64,000 bases of DNA from Guillardia theta CCMP2712 (taxonomy: Eukaryota > Protista > Cryptophyta). Of this stretch, positions 62,056 to 64,000 are shown one piece after another; position 1 is the first letter of the stretch; the number at the start of each line of letters is the position of its first letter. The notes beneath the pieces are model-generated. The model was not told the DNA's origin. It ran no database searches and saw only the letters and a list, made by a program, of their open reading frames with translations. A program made the position numbers and the translations under genes. The stretch covers positions 186,001-250,000 of the forward strand of contig NW_005434649.1 of the NCBI RefSeq assembly GCF_000315625.1. The letters run 5' to 3'.

Positions 62056-63126
62056 ATGATTCCAACCGCGGAAAATTCTGGAACATACAGCTCTATCCTT
62101 CTTCAGAACGAGAAGGCCTCGCTTGGTGTGAAGAAAGACGACCATAGTAATACTCACAAGAAGAAATCTGGCTCACGATGTGGTGGTTTGCTTGGCACTC
62201 TGCTGAGGCGAAGGATTCAAAGGACAGAGCGCGATCTCATTCCAAAGGTCTTCCGAGCAGACGAGTGCCTGGACATGAACGACGATCCATGCTTCTTCGC
62301 TGCGCAAACGTTCGAGGAGATGAAGCCTGGCAATGATGAGAAATCGTTTGAGCATGTTTGTGAGAGTATTGACAACCATGCATGCTCTCAACCTGGTTCC
62401 TACTTCACCTCTCTGTTCAAGTCCGGAGAAAGCTTCAAGCAAGCACTCAGTGCATCAGCGCAACCGTGGTTGCCGGCGTTGCCTGTCGCGCAAGATTCAA
62501 TCAAGTACGGAGAGAGGCAGCCATGTACGTACATGGAGATGGTTCAGAAGCAATCTGGTTATGCAGTCAAGACAGAGGATCCGCTAATTGATTTAAATTC
62601 CAAGCAAGCTTTCGCTGGTGCACACCCGTACCTGACGATGGCGCGCGAAGATGTCAGCGAAAGGACGTGCAGGGAGGAAGAGGACTGCGAATCGAGTGAT
62701 TTGTACTCTACGTCGTCCTCATGCAGCCCGGCTCCCTCCAGCTTTAATAGCGCTGAAACTCGAGGGATAGAATTCCCGTCGGTAGAGGAACTTACTCAGA
62801 TGTCGCAGACATCGAGATCTCTGTGGTCATGCTTCATCGAGCAGCACCACAAGTACAAGAAGATCGACTTTGTCAACACGGAGCTCGAGGCTGTCGATGT
62901 TCTCAACCAGGACGTTTCTGTGGAGATTGCTTCCAACCCCGTTGACCAGAGCAACAGGTTGGAGGATGGATGCCTGAGCACCGAGGTGCTTGCCGATGCG
63001 CTCCAGACTTCTGACCCTCTGTTTGCTTCCTCCGAGGAGTCCTCCGAGGAGAGCATGTTGTGGGTTGCACCCCACCATGAGCAAACTTTCGAATGCGATT
63101 CGGAATGGAGTGCGATAAACTTGTGA
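62056..63126 (+). CDS. Hypothetical 356-aa acidic/Ser-rich protein, intronless
   Basis: Long ATG-started ORF with protein-like composition; no family recognised. Confidence 0.6.
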   Translation: MIPTAENSGTYSSILLQNEKASLGVKKDDHSNTHKKKSGSRCGGLLGTLLRRRIQRTERDLIPKVFRADECLDMNDDPCFFAAQTFEEMKPGNDEKSFEHVCESIDNHACSQPGSYFTSLFKSGESFKQALSASAQPWLPALPVAQDSIKYGERQPCTYMEMVQKQSGYAVKTEDPLIDLNSKQAFAGAHPYLTMAREDVSERTCREEEDCESSDLYSTSSSCSPAPSSFNSAETRGIEFPSVEELTQMSQTSRSLWSCFIEQHHKYKKIDFVNTELEAVDVLNQDVSVEIASNPVDQSNRLEDGCLSTEVLADALQTSDPLFASSEESSEESMLWVAPHHEQTFECDSEWSAINL

Positions 63127-63234
63127 AGAAAACTGGGACATCATCTTCCCGTTGATTTTGATGAGTGCATTTCAAGTCAGTGATTGAATATGCAACTGTG
63201 AATTTTGTTTATGTACTCTATGATTTGATAAATT

Positions 63235-64000
63235 TCATCTTGATGGAAGCTTGTTGAGTTGTCTCACTATCTTCATGGCCAGACCGTGAGAAATCGCAAT
63301 CCCCATGCTGAATCTCGTCGTGTTGGTCGAGTAAACCGCCTGTGCTGCAGGTTAAAGCATCCTGTGATGGTTGTACTGTTTGTGCTCACATGCCACAACG
63401 ACTTTCCTCTCACCAATCGAAACATATTCGCCTGAAACTTTCTGTCCCCCACTCGCCTTACGCCGTCCTTGGCCTGGTATCTGGAGGAACGAGAGTAGTC
63501 AGGCGGACTGGAGGGGTTAGCTCATCCTTACACGAATCCTGACTGGTTCTCCTCTTCCACATCCGTCAGGTAGAGCCTCCATCCTTCGACTTGCCCCCCA
63601 TCCGTGTGCCACTCGGTGAAGCCATTGGGGGGATACCAGTATCTTCCCTCAAGTCAGCAGGGGAGAAGGAGGAGTCGGGGCTGCATACAGCCCACGGAAG
63701 GAGTCGTCGGCGTCCGTGTACTGCAGGCCTCCATGCTTCAAAGTGGAAGACACTAGCTCCTTTAGCTTGCGCGAGCAGGGAGTCCCGCTGAGAGCAGCAT
63801 GACTGAGGGAAGGAGGGGAGGGAGGTGACGAGGAAACTTACTTCTTACGGTAGGAGATTGAGCCCAAGTGGTGTCTGAAGGAGAGTGTAAGGTGAAGGCC
63901 AGCAAGGGAGAAGGGGCAAGACGTACGTAGTGGCAAAATGAGTGCCGCTAGAGCCGAGGATGTGGTGGGAGGCTTGTCCCGTGGAGATGAAACTGAACTG
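63235..64000 (-). CDS. 3' part of a putative 2OG-Fe(II) dioxygenase-like (double-stranded beta-helix) protein; runs off the right edge
   Basis: Spliced minus-strand segments YWYPPNGFTEWHTDGG..GWRLYL, SLWH and TTRFSMG give an HxD...H...RxS arrangement. Confidence 0.55.

Overview
Gene-dense eukaryotic nuclear DNA with many short (~45-60 bp) GT-AG introns, simple-sequence repeats and GC-rich intergenic islands. The style suggests a cryptophyte-like alga, but this is inference only. Positions ~22.6-64 kb are mostly ordinary multi-exon genes: TPR proteins, a BMT5/DUF2431-domain protein, a SPRY protein, TPR+GT15 mannosyltransferase, a LysM-type secreted protein, a CoA-binding/O-acetylhomoserine sulfhydrylase fusion, a PDZ protein, a nucleotide-sugar transporter, an ankyrin protein and a 2OG-oxygenase-like protein. 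The ~3-22 kb block is the unusual part. It has two paralogous intronless triple-Zn(II)2Cys6 genes, each with a tandem DNA array upstream. It has a non-RPB1 gene joining 15 perfect Pol II CTD heptads (YSPTSPS) to an RRM, directly followed by an intronless DcpS-like decapping gene. It also has a young Ty3/Gypsy element with two identical 228-bp LTRs that are INVERTED, a perfect 5-bp target-site duplication, and a UUUAAAC slippery site followed by a predicted three-stem pseudoknot. Exon boundaries and ends of multi-exon genes were read by eye and are approximate.
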